In this document: piece by piece, positions 51,870 through 60,305 of the stretch
Layout of the letters: each line of letters opens with the position of its first letter
How positions within the stretch are numbered: position 1 is the stretch's first letter
NCBI GenBank assembly: GCA_045807245.1
Contig: JBJMHS010000074.1
Location: forward strand, 21,026-85,025
Direction of reading: 5' to 3'
From: Actinomycetales bacterium
Lineage (GTDB): Bacteria > Actinomycetota > Actinomycetes > Actinomycetales > CAVURS01
Length of the DNA stretch: 64,000 nucleotides
Made by a program: the position numbers and the translations under genes
The notes under the pieces: model-generated
Seen by the model: the letters and a program-made list of their open reading frames with translations, nothing else
What the model was told of the DNA's origin: nothing
Databases searched by the model: none

Positions 51870-53303
51870 TCACTCACCTCTCGTCTCGGCCGCGGCCCGG
51901 TCAAGCGGTCCGGCGGCGTCAGCCTGTGACCCGGCCGGGGACTCAGCCGGTACGACGCTTGTCTCGGCCGGCAGCCCCAGCCGGACCTCGGTGCCCCCGA
52001 CCGTCACGCGCCGGACATCCGCCTGGCCGCCGTGGCGGGCCATCCGGCCGATGATCGACTCGCGCACGCCCAGCCGGTCGGACGGGACGTCCTCGACATC
52101 GAACCCGTCCCCACGGTCGCGCACGAACGCGCTGACGCCGTCGGCGCTGGACTCGACGTACGCCGAGACCGGGGCGCGCCCGTGCCGGACGGCGTTGAGC
52201 AAGGCCTCCCGCAGCGCCTGCACCAGCGCGCGCGAGGCCGGGTCGGTGGGGCGGTCCCCGACGACGACCAGGTCGATCGGCACGCCGTGGCCGTCCTCGA
52301 CCTCGGCGACCACGTCCCGCACCGCGGCCTGCAGGCTCTCGGACGGCGTCTGCGTCCCGGCGTACAGCCAGTCGCGCAGCTCGCGCTCCTGGGCGCGGGC
52401 CAGCCGGGCCACCTCGCCGGCGTCGCCCGGCTTGCGCTGGATGAGGGCCAGCGTCTGCAGCACCGAGTCGTGCAGGTGCGCGGCGATCTCGGCTCGTTCG
52501 GCCTCACGGACCCGCAGCGCACGCTCCTGCTCCAGGTCACGCCAGAGCCGCACGCCCCACGGCGCCAGCACCAGGCCGACGCCGAGCAGCACCGCGAGCG
52601 AGGCGACGGCGATCGGCAGCAGCTCGCTGGCCCGGGTGCCGCGCGCGAAGAACAGCAGGATGCCGACCACGGCCAGGGCGACCCCGCCGCCGAGACGCAG
52701 CAGTCCCACCCGCGGCGAGCCACCTCCGGGAGCCAGCCAGTGGGCGCGTTCGCTGATGTCCAGCTGGCGCAGCGCGATGGCGGCGCCGACCAGCAGCACG
52801 AGCAGCGGCACCCAGATCTCGGCGTGGACGTCGACGCCGCCGCGGGCGAGCAGCACGGCCCCGGCGGCCACCACGAGGGCCAGCCCCACACCGATGGCTT
52901 GCAGCCGCTCGCGGCTGAACGACGGCGCGGGCGCCGCGCCGGGGCGCGGGCCGGTCGGCTCGCGACTCACCCGGCCCGGGCGCTTGGGCGCGGCCGGCTC
53001 GACGGTCTCCTGCGGCGTGAGGGCCCAGAGCAGGACGTAGGCGACGAGGCCGGCGCCGCTCGTCGCGATGGTCGCGACCACGAAGGCGATCCGGACGCCG
53101 CGCACCGGGATGCCCAGATGCTCGGCCAACCCTGCTGCCACCCCGGCGACCATCCGGCCCTGCGCCGGGCGCTGCAGCTTGGGCCGCGCCGGCACCGGCC
53201 CGTGCTCCCCGCCGCCCGCCGTACTCCCCGCAGCCCGGTCACCAGACCCGAAACTGGGCCACGACACCGGGGCCGCGGGAGCACCGCCCCGGGGCGGCGC
53301 CAT
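51870..53303 (-). CDS. Sensor histidine kinase with an N-terminal PspC domain
   Basis: A PspC-like segment (GRMVAGVAAGLAEHLGIPVRGVRIAFVV), TM helices, the HisKA_3 H-box (AAHLHDSVLQTL) and an HATPase domain. Start at ATG 53303 or GTG 53324. The 1022-aa track ORF is an artefactual extension. Confidence 0.8.
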   Translation of the reverse strand: MAPPRGGAPAAPVSWPSFGSGDRAAGSTAGGGEHGPVPARPKLQRPAQGRMVAGVAAGLAEHLGIPVRGVRIAFVVATIATSGAGLVAYVLLWALTPQETVEPAAPKRPGRVSREPTGPRPGAAPAPSFSRERLQAIGVGLALVVAAGAVLLARGGVDVHAEIWVPLLVLLVGAAIALRQLDISERAHWLAPGGGSPRVGLLRLGGGVALAVVGILLFFARGTRASELLPIAVASLAVLLGVGLVLAPWGVRLWRDLEQERALRVREAERAEIAAHLHDSVLQTLALIQRKPGDAGEVARLARAQERELRDWLYAGTQTPSESLQAAVRDVVAEVEDGHGVPIDLVVVGDRPTDPASRALVQALREALLNAVRHGRAPVSAYVESSADGVSAFVRDRGDGFDVEDVPSDRLGVRESIIGRMARHGGQADVRRVTVGGTEVRLGLPAETSVVPAESPAGSQADAAGPLDRAAAETRGE

Positions 53304-53489
53304 CGGGCCGGTCTGGTCGCTCACCGGGACATCCTCGCGCGTGGACGCACCGCGGCGCTTCAGGGACGAGCCCCCAACAATCCGCCCCGCGCCCCTCACC
53401 CCGGCCAGGGTGCCGCCGGGCAGACCCCAGGGTGACGTCAGGGTGACGCCCGATGGTTTCCGGCCTGGCTCGCGAGCACATTTGACGAC

Positions 53490-54962
53490 ATGAGCGAGAA
53501 CGACGACCAGACCAGCGGCACCACCCCGCCGCCCGCCCCACCTGGCGGCCAGACCGGCGAGCAGCCGTACGGCGCGCAGCCTCAGCCGGGTGGGTACGCC
53601 GCGCAGCAAGGTCAGCCGGGTCAGCGCCCGCAGGACCGGTTCTTCGACAGCATCCGTCGCACCGGTCTGCGTCGTAGCCAGCGCCGCGTCGTCGCCGGCG
53701 TCAGCGGCGGCATCGCGGAGCGCACCGGCGTCGACGTCACCGTCGTGCGCGTCCTGACCGTGGTCCTGACGATCTTCGGCGGGCTGGGCCTGCTGGCGTA
53801 CGGCCTGGCCTGGCTGCTCCTGCCCGAGCCCGACGGCCGCATCCACGCAGAGCAGGTGCTGCGCGGCAGCCTGTCGGCCGGCGCCGTGGGCGGCATCGTC
53901 ACGAGCGTCCTCGGCTTCGGCGGCCTGGGCGGGTCGTGGGGCGGCCCGTTCGGCTGGCACGGCGGCGGCTTCTTCGGCTGGTTCTGGGGGCTGAGTGGGA
54001 CGGCGTTGTTCGTCGGCCTGATCGCCCTGGTGATCTACGCAGTCGGTCAGAGCCGTGGCCGGCCCGCCGGTCCGGGCGCGCCCGGCACCCCGGGCTCCCC
54101 GACGTACGCCGCGCCGTACACCCCACCCACCCCGCCGCCGTACTCGGCACCCGCCGGCCCGGCGTACCCGCCTCAGCCGAGCGACCCGACCGAGCCACTG
54201 CCGCCGTACGGCGGGGGCACGGCCACCATGACCGCCCCCGCGGCCCTGCCGCCGTACACCCCCGCGCCGGTGCGGCAGCGACGCCCGTCGTTCGGCGGCT
54301 TCGGCGCACTGGCGGTGGCCGGCCTGGCCGCGATCGGCGCCGGGCTCACCGCTCTGGTGATGAGCAACGGCAGGTACGACGCGAGCACGTCCGTCGTCGC
54401 GTGGGCCGTGGCACTGGCGGTCGTCAGTGCCGCCCTCGTCGTCGGCGGTCTGCTCGGCCGGCGCGCGGGCATCCTGAGCCTGCTCGCCGTCATCGCGACC
54501 ATCGGCACGCTGCTCGCGATGGTGCCCGCGAACCTGTCGCACATGCAGGGCGCTGGCGACCGGACCTGGCGTCCACCCACGGCGGCCGCGACCAAGGACG
54601 GGTACGGCGTGGGCGCAGGTGACGGGACGCTGGACCTGTCCGGCATCGACCGCGCAACGCTGAGCCAGAAGGACCCCGTCGAGGTGTCGGCATCGGTCGG
54701 CTTCGGGCGGCTGACCGTCCGGGTGCCGGCCGACGTCACCGTGAAGGTGCGGTCGTCGGCCGGCGCCGGCGACCTGGAGGCCGTCAGCAGCTTCACGGTC
54801 AACGACCAGCTCGACCCCGGTCTGTTCCTCCGCAACGACGACCAGGGCGACGTCAACGGCATCGGTGTGCATCGCACCTCGGTCATCGGCAGCGGTCCGG
54901 TGCAGATCGTGGTCAACGCCAAGGTCGGCTTCGGCCAAGTCCGGATCGAGCAGGTGCCGTGA
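53490..54962 (+). CDS. PspC-domain membrane protein with a LiaF/DUF2154-like C-terminal domain (tentative)
   Basis: A Pro/Gln-rich N-terminus, a PspC domain (RRVVAGVSGGIAERTGVDVTVVRVLTVVL), several TM helices, and a C-terminal beta-rich region (GFGRLTVRVPADVTVKVRSSAGAGDLE). Confidence 0.75.
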   Translation: MSENDDQTSGTTPPPAPPGGQTGEQPYGAQPQPGGYAAQQGQPGQRPQDRFFDSIRRTGLRRSQRRVVAGVSGGIAERTGVDVTVVRVLTVVLTIFGGLGLLAYGLAWLLLPEPDGRIHAEQVLRGSLSAGAVGGIVTSVLGFGGLGGSWGGPFGWHGGGFFGWFWGLSGTALFVGLIALVIYAVGQSRGRPAGPGAPGTPGSPTYAAPYTPPTPPPYSAPAGPAYPPQPSDPTEPLPPYGGGTATMTAPAALPPYTPAPVRQRRPSFGGFGALAVAGLAAIGAGLTALVMSNGRYDASTSVVAWAVALAVVSAALVVGGLLGRRAGILSLLAVIATIGTLLAMVPANLSHMQGAGDRTWRPPTAAATKDGYGVGAGDGTLDLSGIDRATLSQKDPVEVSASVGFGRLTVRVPADVTVKVRSSAGAGDLEAVSSFTVNDQLDPGLFLRNDDQGDVNGIGVHRTSVIGSGPVQIVVNAKVGFGQVRIEQVP

Positions 54963-55408
54963 TGAGCGACGAACCCACCAAGCAGACCCGCCCGGAGCTG
55001 GACGAGCAGCTGGGCCTGCGCCAGGACCAGACCGTCCCTCTGACGCCCGCCGCCGGCCGGGAGGAGGGCCGCCCGACGGAGGCGAGGGAACAGCCTGCGG
55101 AACCGTCGGTGCAGCGACCCGGCCCGGCGGCGGGACCAGCGCAGCCGAGCCCGGCGAGCCCGACCAGCCCGACCAGCCCGGCGAGCCCGGCCAGCCCGGC
55201 GAGCCCGGCCAAGCGCGGACCGTCCGTTCCCACCGTGATCTGGGGGCTCTTCTTCGCCCTGGTGGCAGCGGCCGTCATCACCGTCGAGGTCTCCGACGTC
55301 GACCTCAACCTCGACGTCACCGGGCCGACCGCCCTGCTCGTCGCCGGCGCCCTGCTGGTCCTGTGGGGCATCGCGGGTCTAGGGCGAGGACGGGCCCGGC
55401 GCGGCTAG
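54959..55408 (+). CDS. Small membrane protein with a (P-A/T-S) repeat linker
   Basis: Its start overlaps the upstream stop (GTGATG). It has an acidic N-terminus, a PASPTSPTSPASPASPASPA repeat, and two TM helices at the C-terminus. Confidence 0.55.
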   Translation: MMSDEPTKQTRPELDEQLGLRQDQTVPLTPAAGREEGRPTEAREQPAEPSVQRPGPAAGPAQPSPASPTSPTSPASPASPASPAKRGPSVPTVIWGLFFALVAAAVITVEVSDVDLNLDVTGPTALLVAGALLVLWGIAGLGRGRARRG

Positions 55409-55863
55409 CCGGGCGTCGCCCGCGCCCGCTCGAGAGCCACCCGGGCCAGGGGCACGAGCTGCAGCTGCTCGGCATCCTCGAGGGAGAACCAGCGGGCATC
55501 GGACGTCGTACCCCCGACGTCGTGCACGACAGGCTCGGTCGGATCCGCGACGGTCACGCTGAACACCAACCGCACGGCGTGGAAGTCCTCCAGCACCCCG
55601 CGCGGCGACACGCCCTCGAAGTGCTCGGACTCGACGTCGACGAGGACGGGGTCGCTCACCCGTTGCCCGGTCTCCTCGAACGTCTCGCGCACAACGGCGT
55701 CGCGCGGGTGCTCGCCGTGGTCGACGCCCCCGCCGGGGAGCGTCCACCCGCCGGGCCAACCCGTGCGGTGGGACAGCTGAGTGAGCAGGATGCGTCCGTC
55801 CACGACGACGATGGCGTACGCCGCGAGCCGCTGACGCCGTACCGGCACCGGGTCTTCGCTCAC
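55405..55863 (-). CDS. NUDIX hydrolase
   Basis: Nudix box GGGVDHGEHPRDAVVRETFEETG. The GTG start overlaps the GT4 stop (GTGA). Its stop shares the palindrome CTAG with the convergent gene. Confidence 0.8.
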   Translation of the reverse strand: MSEDPVPVRRQRLAAYAIVVVDGRILLTQLSHRTGWPGGWTLPGGGVDHGEHPRDAVVRETFEETGQRVSDPVLVDVESEHFEGVSPRGVLEDFHAVRLVFSVTVADPTEPVVHDVGGTTSDARWFSLEDAEQLQLVPLARVALERARATPG

Positions 55864-56999
55864 GACGCAGTGCCCACGAGACGGCTCGCCCGGGCGTACT
55901 CCTCGTCGGCGCGGGCCAGGACATAGGACCAGTCCTGCAGCGGAGGGTGCGAGCGGCTGTACGACGAGATCCGTTGCCGCAGAGTCGAATCGGAGGCCAC
56001 TCGCGCGACGGCCTCGACCATCTCCTCGTCGCTGGCCGCCAGCAGACCCTCGACGCCGTCGACGACGAACTCGCGGACACCACCGTCCGAGCGCGCAACG
56101 ACCGGGAGCCCGGCCGCGCGCGCCTCCAACGCGGCGATCCCGAACGACTCGAGCCGCGCGGGCGCGACGTACAGATCGGCCGCTCCGTATCTTGCCCGCA
56201 GCTCGGCAGGTGTGACCCGGCCCGGCAGGTCGACCCAGTCGCCCATCCGGGACCGGCGGATGACCCGGCGCATCGTCCGCTCGGCGGGTCCCTCGCCGAA
56301 GATGTCGAGCCGCAGCGCGATGTCCTCGGGCACCCGGTCTCGGACACGAGACAGCATGTGCAGCAACGGAACCGGGCGCTTGCGGGTCACGAGACGCATG
56401 GCCGTGACGATGCGGATCTCACCGGTCGACCGGTCGACGGTCGGCGAAGACCGCCACGCCACGACGTCGACGCCGTTCGGCAGGACGGTCACGTCGGCCT
56501 CGTCACCGAGCATGCGCCGGACCGGACCGGCGGCGACCGCGCTCACCGCGGTGAAGGCGACCGCCCGGTCGGACCACCCGCGCAGGCGCTGCCACCAGCG
56601 AGCCAGCCGCTCGGTGTGCCCGAGCATGCAGTGCCACGTCACGACCAGCGGCAGGCCGAGGTCGAGCACGACCGGCACGGCGTCGTAGGCGAACGGCGAC
56701 ACGACGCCGGCGTGGACATGCGCGACGTCGTACCGGCCGGACAGCAGGATCGACCGGACGTCTCGTGGCGCGAACGGGTTCACCGGCAGCCGGAACGGCA
56801 TTCGCACGGCCAGCCGGTGCACCGGGACGCCGTCGAGGTCGTCGACCGCGCCGTGCCGTTCACCCCGTGGCCCCGGTGTCGCCGTCAACACCGTCACCTC
56901 GTGACCGGTTGCGCGCTGCCTGCGGGCCAGCCCGTGCACCTGCGACTCGATCCCACCCAGCCGCGGCAGGTAGCAGTCGGTCAGGTGGGCGATGCGCAC
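55860..56999 (-). CDS. GT4-family glycosyltransferase
   Basis: N-terminal RIAHLTDCYLPRLGGIE and a C-terminal E-x7-E-type region (ESFGIAALEARAAGLPVV). I prefer the GTG at 56999; the track uses 57038. Confidence 0.8.
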   Translation of the reverse strand: MRIAHLTDCYLPRLGGIESQVHGLARRQRATGHEVTVLTATPGPRGERHGAVDDLDGVPVHRLAVRMPFRLPVNPFAPRDVRSILLSGRYDVAHVHAGVVSPFAYDAVPVVLDLGLPLVVTWHCMLGHTERLARWWQRLRGWSDRAVAFTAVSAVAAGPVRRMLGDEADVTVLPNGVDVVAWRSSPTVDRSTGEIRIVTAMRLVTRKRPVPLLHMLSRVRDRVPEDIALRLDIFGEGPAERTMRRVIRRSRMGDWVDLPGRVTPAELRARYGAADLYVAPARLESFGIAALEARAAGLPVVARSDGGVREFVVDGVEGLLAASDEEMVEAVARVASDSTLRQRISSYSRSHPPLQDWSYVLARADEEYARASRLVGTAS

Positions 57000-57064
57000 G
57001 CCCCGATCCTCGCACCGCGCGGGCCGACGCTCGGCCACGCTGACGAGATCAGCGATGAGACAGG

Positions 57065-57928
57065 ATGGCGGTCATGCCCGGCACCTTGGTGAGCTTCCAC
57101 GCCCACCCGGATGACGAGGCTCTGCTTGTGTCCGGGACGCTGGCCCGGGCCGCGGCCGAGGGCCATCGTGTCGTCGTGGTCGTCGCCACCGCCGGCGAGG
57201 CTGGTCTCACCGACGACACCCACAGCGCGGACGGGCGGCTCGGCGAACGGCGGATGGCCGAGCTGCGACGCAGCGCCGACCTGCTCGGCGTCGCGCGGGT
57301 GGAGTGCCTCGGCTACGCCGACTCGGGACTGCCGCCGCACGAGGTCCGCCAGGACCCACCCGGCACGACGTGTTTCGTCCGCGCCGACCGCGAGCAGGCG
57401 GCCGAGCGGCTCGCTGCGATCTTGCGTGAGGAACGCGCCGACGTGTTGACGACGTACGACGCGAACGGCGGCTACGGGCACCCCGACCACGTGCAGGTCC
57501 ACCACGTGGGGGCGCGGGCGGGTGAGCTGGCCGGGACTCCGGCGGTGCTGCAGGCCACGGTGCCCCGCGACCTGATGTTGCGCGGCGTCCGGCTGGCCGC
57601 GAAGGTGCACCGGTTCCCTCCTGAGTTTGACGTCACGACGTTCGAGCGCGCGTTCACCCCAGCGGTCCAGATCACCCATCGGATCGACGTCCGGCCGTTC
57701 GCCGACGCCAAACGAGCCTCGATGCGGGCGCACGCCAGCCAGACCGCCGGCGGCCAGGGCGACCGGACCCTCGCGGCGTTCGTACGCATGCCGCGACCGT
57801 TGTTCCGCCGGGTCTTCGGGCGCGAGTGGTTCGTCCAGGCCGGGCTCTCCGCCGAGCAGCGCGCGCACGGGCCGTACGGCGATGTCTTCGGCACCGTTCC
57901 GGCGATGCGGGACGGCGACCGTGGGTGA
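57065..57928 (+). CDS. PIG-L family deacetylase, MshB/Mca-like
   Basis: FHAHPDDEALL and YDANGGYGHPDHVQVH closely resemble the metal-site motifs of the mycothiol deacetylase/amidase family, as I recall them. Confidence 0.8.
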   Translation: MAVMPGTLVSFHAHPDDEALLVSGTLARAAAEGHRVVVVVATAGEAGLTDDTHSADGRLGERRMAELRRSADLLGVARVECLGYADSGLPPHEVRQDPPGTTCFVRADREQAAERLAAILREERADVLTTYDANGGYGHPDHVQVHHVGARAGELAGTPAVLQATVPRDLMLRGVRLAAKVHRFPPEFDVTTFERAFTPAVQITHRIDVRPFADAKRASMRAHASQTAGGQGDRTLAAFVRMPRPLFRRVFGREWFVQAGLSAEQRAHGPYGDVFGTVPAMRDGDRG

Positions 57929-58445
57929 GGCGCCGGGCCCCGTGGCGTCCCTGTGGCGGCGGCTCGTACGCACGACCTACCGCACCGGCCTGATCGGCTT
58001 CGGGCGGATGCCGCACGCGGTCCAGCGCTGGGTGGTCCGGATCGCCAGCCCGTCCTACACCGTCGGCGCTGTGCTCGTCCTCGAACATGACGGCCACGTG
58101 CTGGTGCTCCGGCAGCTGCACCGCGAGGGCTGGACCCTGCCCGGCGGACTGCTCGCCCACGGCGAGACACCGGCGGCGGGCGTGGTCCGCGAGGTCGGCG
58201 AGGAGCTCGGCCTGACCGTCGACATCGACCCGGAGTGGGACCTGCCCGCCGCGACCTTGGTCGAACCTCACTCCCAGCGGGTCGACGTGATCTTCCACCG
58301 GCGGCTGGAGCAGCGGCCGGTCGTGCGCCCGCGCGGCGAGGCGTTCCGGGTCGACTGGCGGCCGGTCGACGCTCTGGTCGGCGAGAGTGAGGACGCCGTG
58401 ACCCGCGACGTGCTGGTCCTGCTGCGGCGGACGCTCGACCCGTGA
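57921..58445 (+). CDS. NUDIX hydrolase
   Basis: Nudix box GGLLAHGETPAAGVVREVGEELGL. The GTG at 57921 overlaps the upstream gene by 8 nt. Confidence 0.7.
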   Translation: MGEAPGPVASLWRRLVRTTYRTGLIGFGRMPHAVQRWVVRIASPSYTVGAVLVLEHDGHVLVLRQLHREGWTLPGGLLAHGETPAAGVVREVGEELGLTVDIDPEWDLPAATLVEPHSQRVDVIFHRRLEQRPVVRPRGEAFRVDWRPVDALVGESEDAVTRDVLVLLRRTLDP

Positions 58446-59242
58446 CGAGCGGCGACCTCGCTGGCGTCGTCCTCGCGGCGGGCCGTGGCCAGCGGCTGCG
58501 CCCGCTCACCGACCTGCGCCCGAAACCGTTGTGCCCCATCGCAAATAGAGCCATGCTCGACCTCGCTCTCGAGCGGATCGCGCCGTTCGCCGGCCGCGGC
58601 TCGCAAAGGATCGCGGTCAACGCGCACTACCTCGCCCCGATGATCGCTCGCCATGTCGGCGATCGGGCGACGGTCAGTGTCGAGCAGCCGGCTGCCCTCG
58701 GTACGGCGGGTGCGTTGGGTCGCCTGAGGACCTGGCTGGACGGGCGACCGGTCCTCGTCACGAACGCCGACGCCTACCTGCCCGGCGGCCTGCAGAGCCT
58801 GGTCGAAGGCTGGGACGGCGTGCGAATCCGCTTGCTAGGCAAAGAGACCGGCCGCGCATCGGACTTCGGCACCGTGCGGTACGTCGGAGCATGCCTGCTG
58901 CCGTCGTGGGCCCTGAGTCCGCTGGACGACAGCCCGGCCGGTCTGTACGAACGGGTGTGGCGCCAGGCTCTGGCCGCGGACCGGCTGGAGCTGGTCACCA
59001 CAGACGGGACGGCGATCGACTGCGGTACGCCGGCGGACTACCTGGCCGCGAACCTGCATGCGAGCGGTGGCCAGTCGGTCGTCGGCGCGGGCGCTGTCGT
59101 GGAGGGCCGCATCGAGCGCTGCGTGGTGTGGCCCGGGGCCGTCGTCCGCGCCGGCGAGGTGCTCGTCTCCGCCGTCCGAGCAGGGACGGCGCTGGCGCCG
59201 GTCACTGTGCGGGTCGCCGACCCCGGGACCGCCTCGGCCTGA
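58442..59242 (+). CDS. Sugar-phosphate nucleotidyltransferase family protein
   Basis: GVVLAAGRGQRLRPLT (GxGxRxxPLT). The GTG overlaps the upstream stop (GTGA). Confidence 0.75.
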   Translation: MTSGDLAGVVLAAGRGQRLRPLTDLRPKPLCPIANRAMLDLALERIAPFAGRGSQRIAVNAHYLAPMIARHVGDRATVSVEQPAALGTAGALGRLRTWLDGRPVLVTNADAYLPGGLQSLVEGWDGVRIRLLGKETGRASDFGTVRYVGACLLPSWALSPLDDSPAGLYERVWRQALAADRLELVTTDGTAIDCGTPADYLAANLHASGGQSVVGAGAVVEGRIERCVVWPGAVVRAGEVLVSAVRAGTALAPVTVRVADPGTASA

Positions 59243-59328
59243 GCGCCAGGGTCCCTCGGGGTGCGCCCAGGGTCGGCTCGGGGCCTCACCCGATGTGCCC
59301 GCGAGCGCCGGACCGGCACGCTCGACCC

Positions 59329-59574
59329 ATGAGCGAAAACACCGCACCCCAGCCCCAGCCCCAGCCGGCCTACTCGGCCGGCCCGACCACCGCTCCGCGC
59401 CGCCTGACCCGGGTCCGCGAGGGCAAGATGCTCGGCGGCGTCGCCGCGGGCCTGGCCCGCTACCTGGACGTCGACCCGGTCGCCGTACGGGTGGGCTTCG
59501 GTGTCGCGACGGTCTTCTCCGGCGCCGGCATCGTGCTGTACCTGGCCTGCTGGATCCTGATGCCGCAGGAGTGA
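59329..59574 (+). CDS. Small stand-alone PspC-domain protein
   Basis: 81 aa: RVREGKMLGGVAAGLARYLDVDPVAVRVGFGVATVFSGAGIVLYLACWILMP. Confidence 0.7.
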   Translation: MSENTAPQPQPQPAYSAGPTTAPRRLTRVREGKMLGGVAAGLARYLDVDPVAVRVGFGVATVFSGAGIVLYLACWILMPQE

Positions 59575-59603
59575 CCGGCGTGCTGAACGTGAACCATCCA
59601 CTC

Positions 59604-59651
59604 GTGCCAAGACTTCTTTGCATATAGATCTTTGCAAAGGAGTCTTGGCAC
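59604..59651. promoter_or_regulatory. AT-rich nested palindrome (operator/promoter candidate for the ArsR-MFS operon)
   Basis: Perfect 11-bp arms GTGCCAAGACT (59604-59614) and AGTCTTGGCAC (59641-59651) enclose CTTTGCA twice (59616-59622, 59630-59636) and the palindrome CTTTGCAAAG (59630-59639). The structure ends 15 nt before the ArsR GTG. Confidence 0.55.
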
Positions 59652-59666
59652 GCTAGCGTCGACTGG

Positions 59667-60305
59667 GTGAGCGACCCGAAGCCACCCCAGGACAGCGAGC
59701 CGGGCCCGAAGCAGAACCCCTTCGCCGGCGACCAGTACTCGGTCACCCCGGACGCCCGCACCCTGCGCGGGCTGGCCCACCCGATCCGGGTCCGCCTGGT
59801 CGGCATGCTCCGCCACGACGGCCCGTCGACGGCGACCCGGCTGGCCGAGCGGCTCGGGCTGTCCTCGGCCGCCACGAGCTACCACCTGCGCCAACTCGCG
59901 TCGTACGGGTTCATCACCGAGGCCGAGGAGCTCGGGCAGGGCCGCGAACGCTACTGGCGCGCGGCGCACCGGATGACGACGTTCGACATGCGGGCCTCGG
60001 ACGACCCCGAGGTGGCCGAGCAGGGCGAGGCGTTCCTGCGCGGGGTCACCGAGCTCTACATCCACAACATGCTGACCTACCTGGACGAGCGCCCGGCGCT
60101 GTCCAAGGAGTGGCAGGGCGCCAGCACCCTGAGCGACCTGGTCCTGCGCCTCACCCCGGCGGAGACCGAGGAGCTCATGGACGCCATCTGGCGCATCGTG
60201 CGCTCCAGCCGGCGCGCCGACGACCCCGACGCCGAGCGGCCCGAGGGCGCTCGCAAGGTCCAGGTGCAGCTGCAGGTCTTCCCGCGCCCGGGGGGCGAGC
60301 AATGA
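59667..60305 (+). CDS. ArsR-family (winged-helix) transcriptional regulator
   Basis: LAHPIRVRLVGMLRHDGPSTATRLAERLGLSSAATSYHLRQLASYGFI is an ArsR-type HTH. Confidence 0.8.
   Translation: MSDPKPPQDSEPGPKQNPFAGDQYSVTPDARTLRGLAHPIRVRLVGMLRHDGPSTATRLAERLGLSSAATSYHLRQLASYGFITEAEELGQGRERYWRAAHRMTTFDMRASDDPEVAEQGEAFLRGVTELYIHNMLTYLDERPALSKEWQGASTLSDLVLRLTPAETEELMDAIWRIVRSSRRADDPDAERPEGARKVQVQLQVFPRPGGEQ

Noticed and set aside
53325-54938. N-terminal 540-aa extension of the 1022-aa ORF 51870..54938
   Set aside because: The extension lies antisense to the PspC/LiaF-like gene and is Arg/Gly/Ala/Asp-rich. The kinase homology begins only at the PspC segment near 53303.
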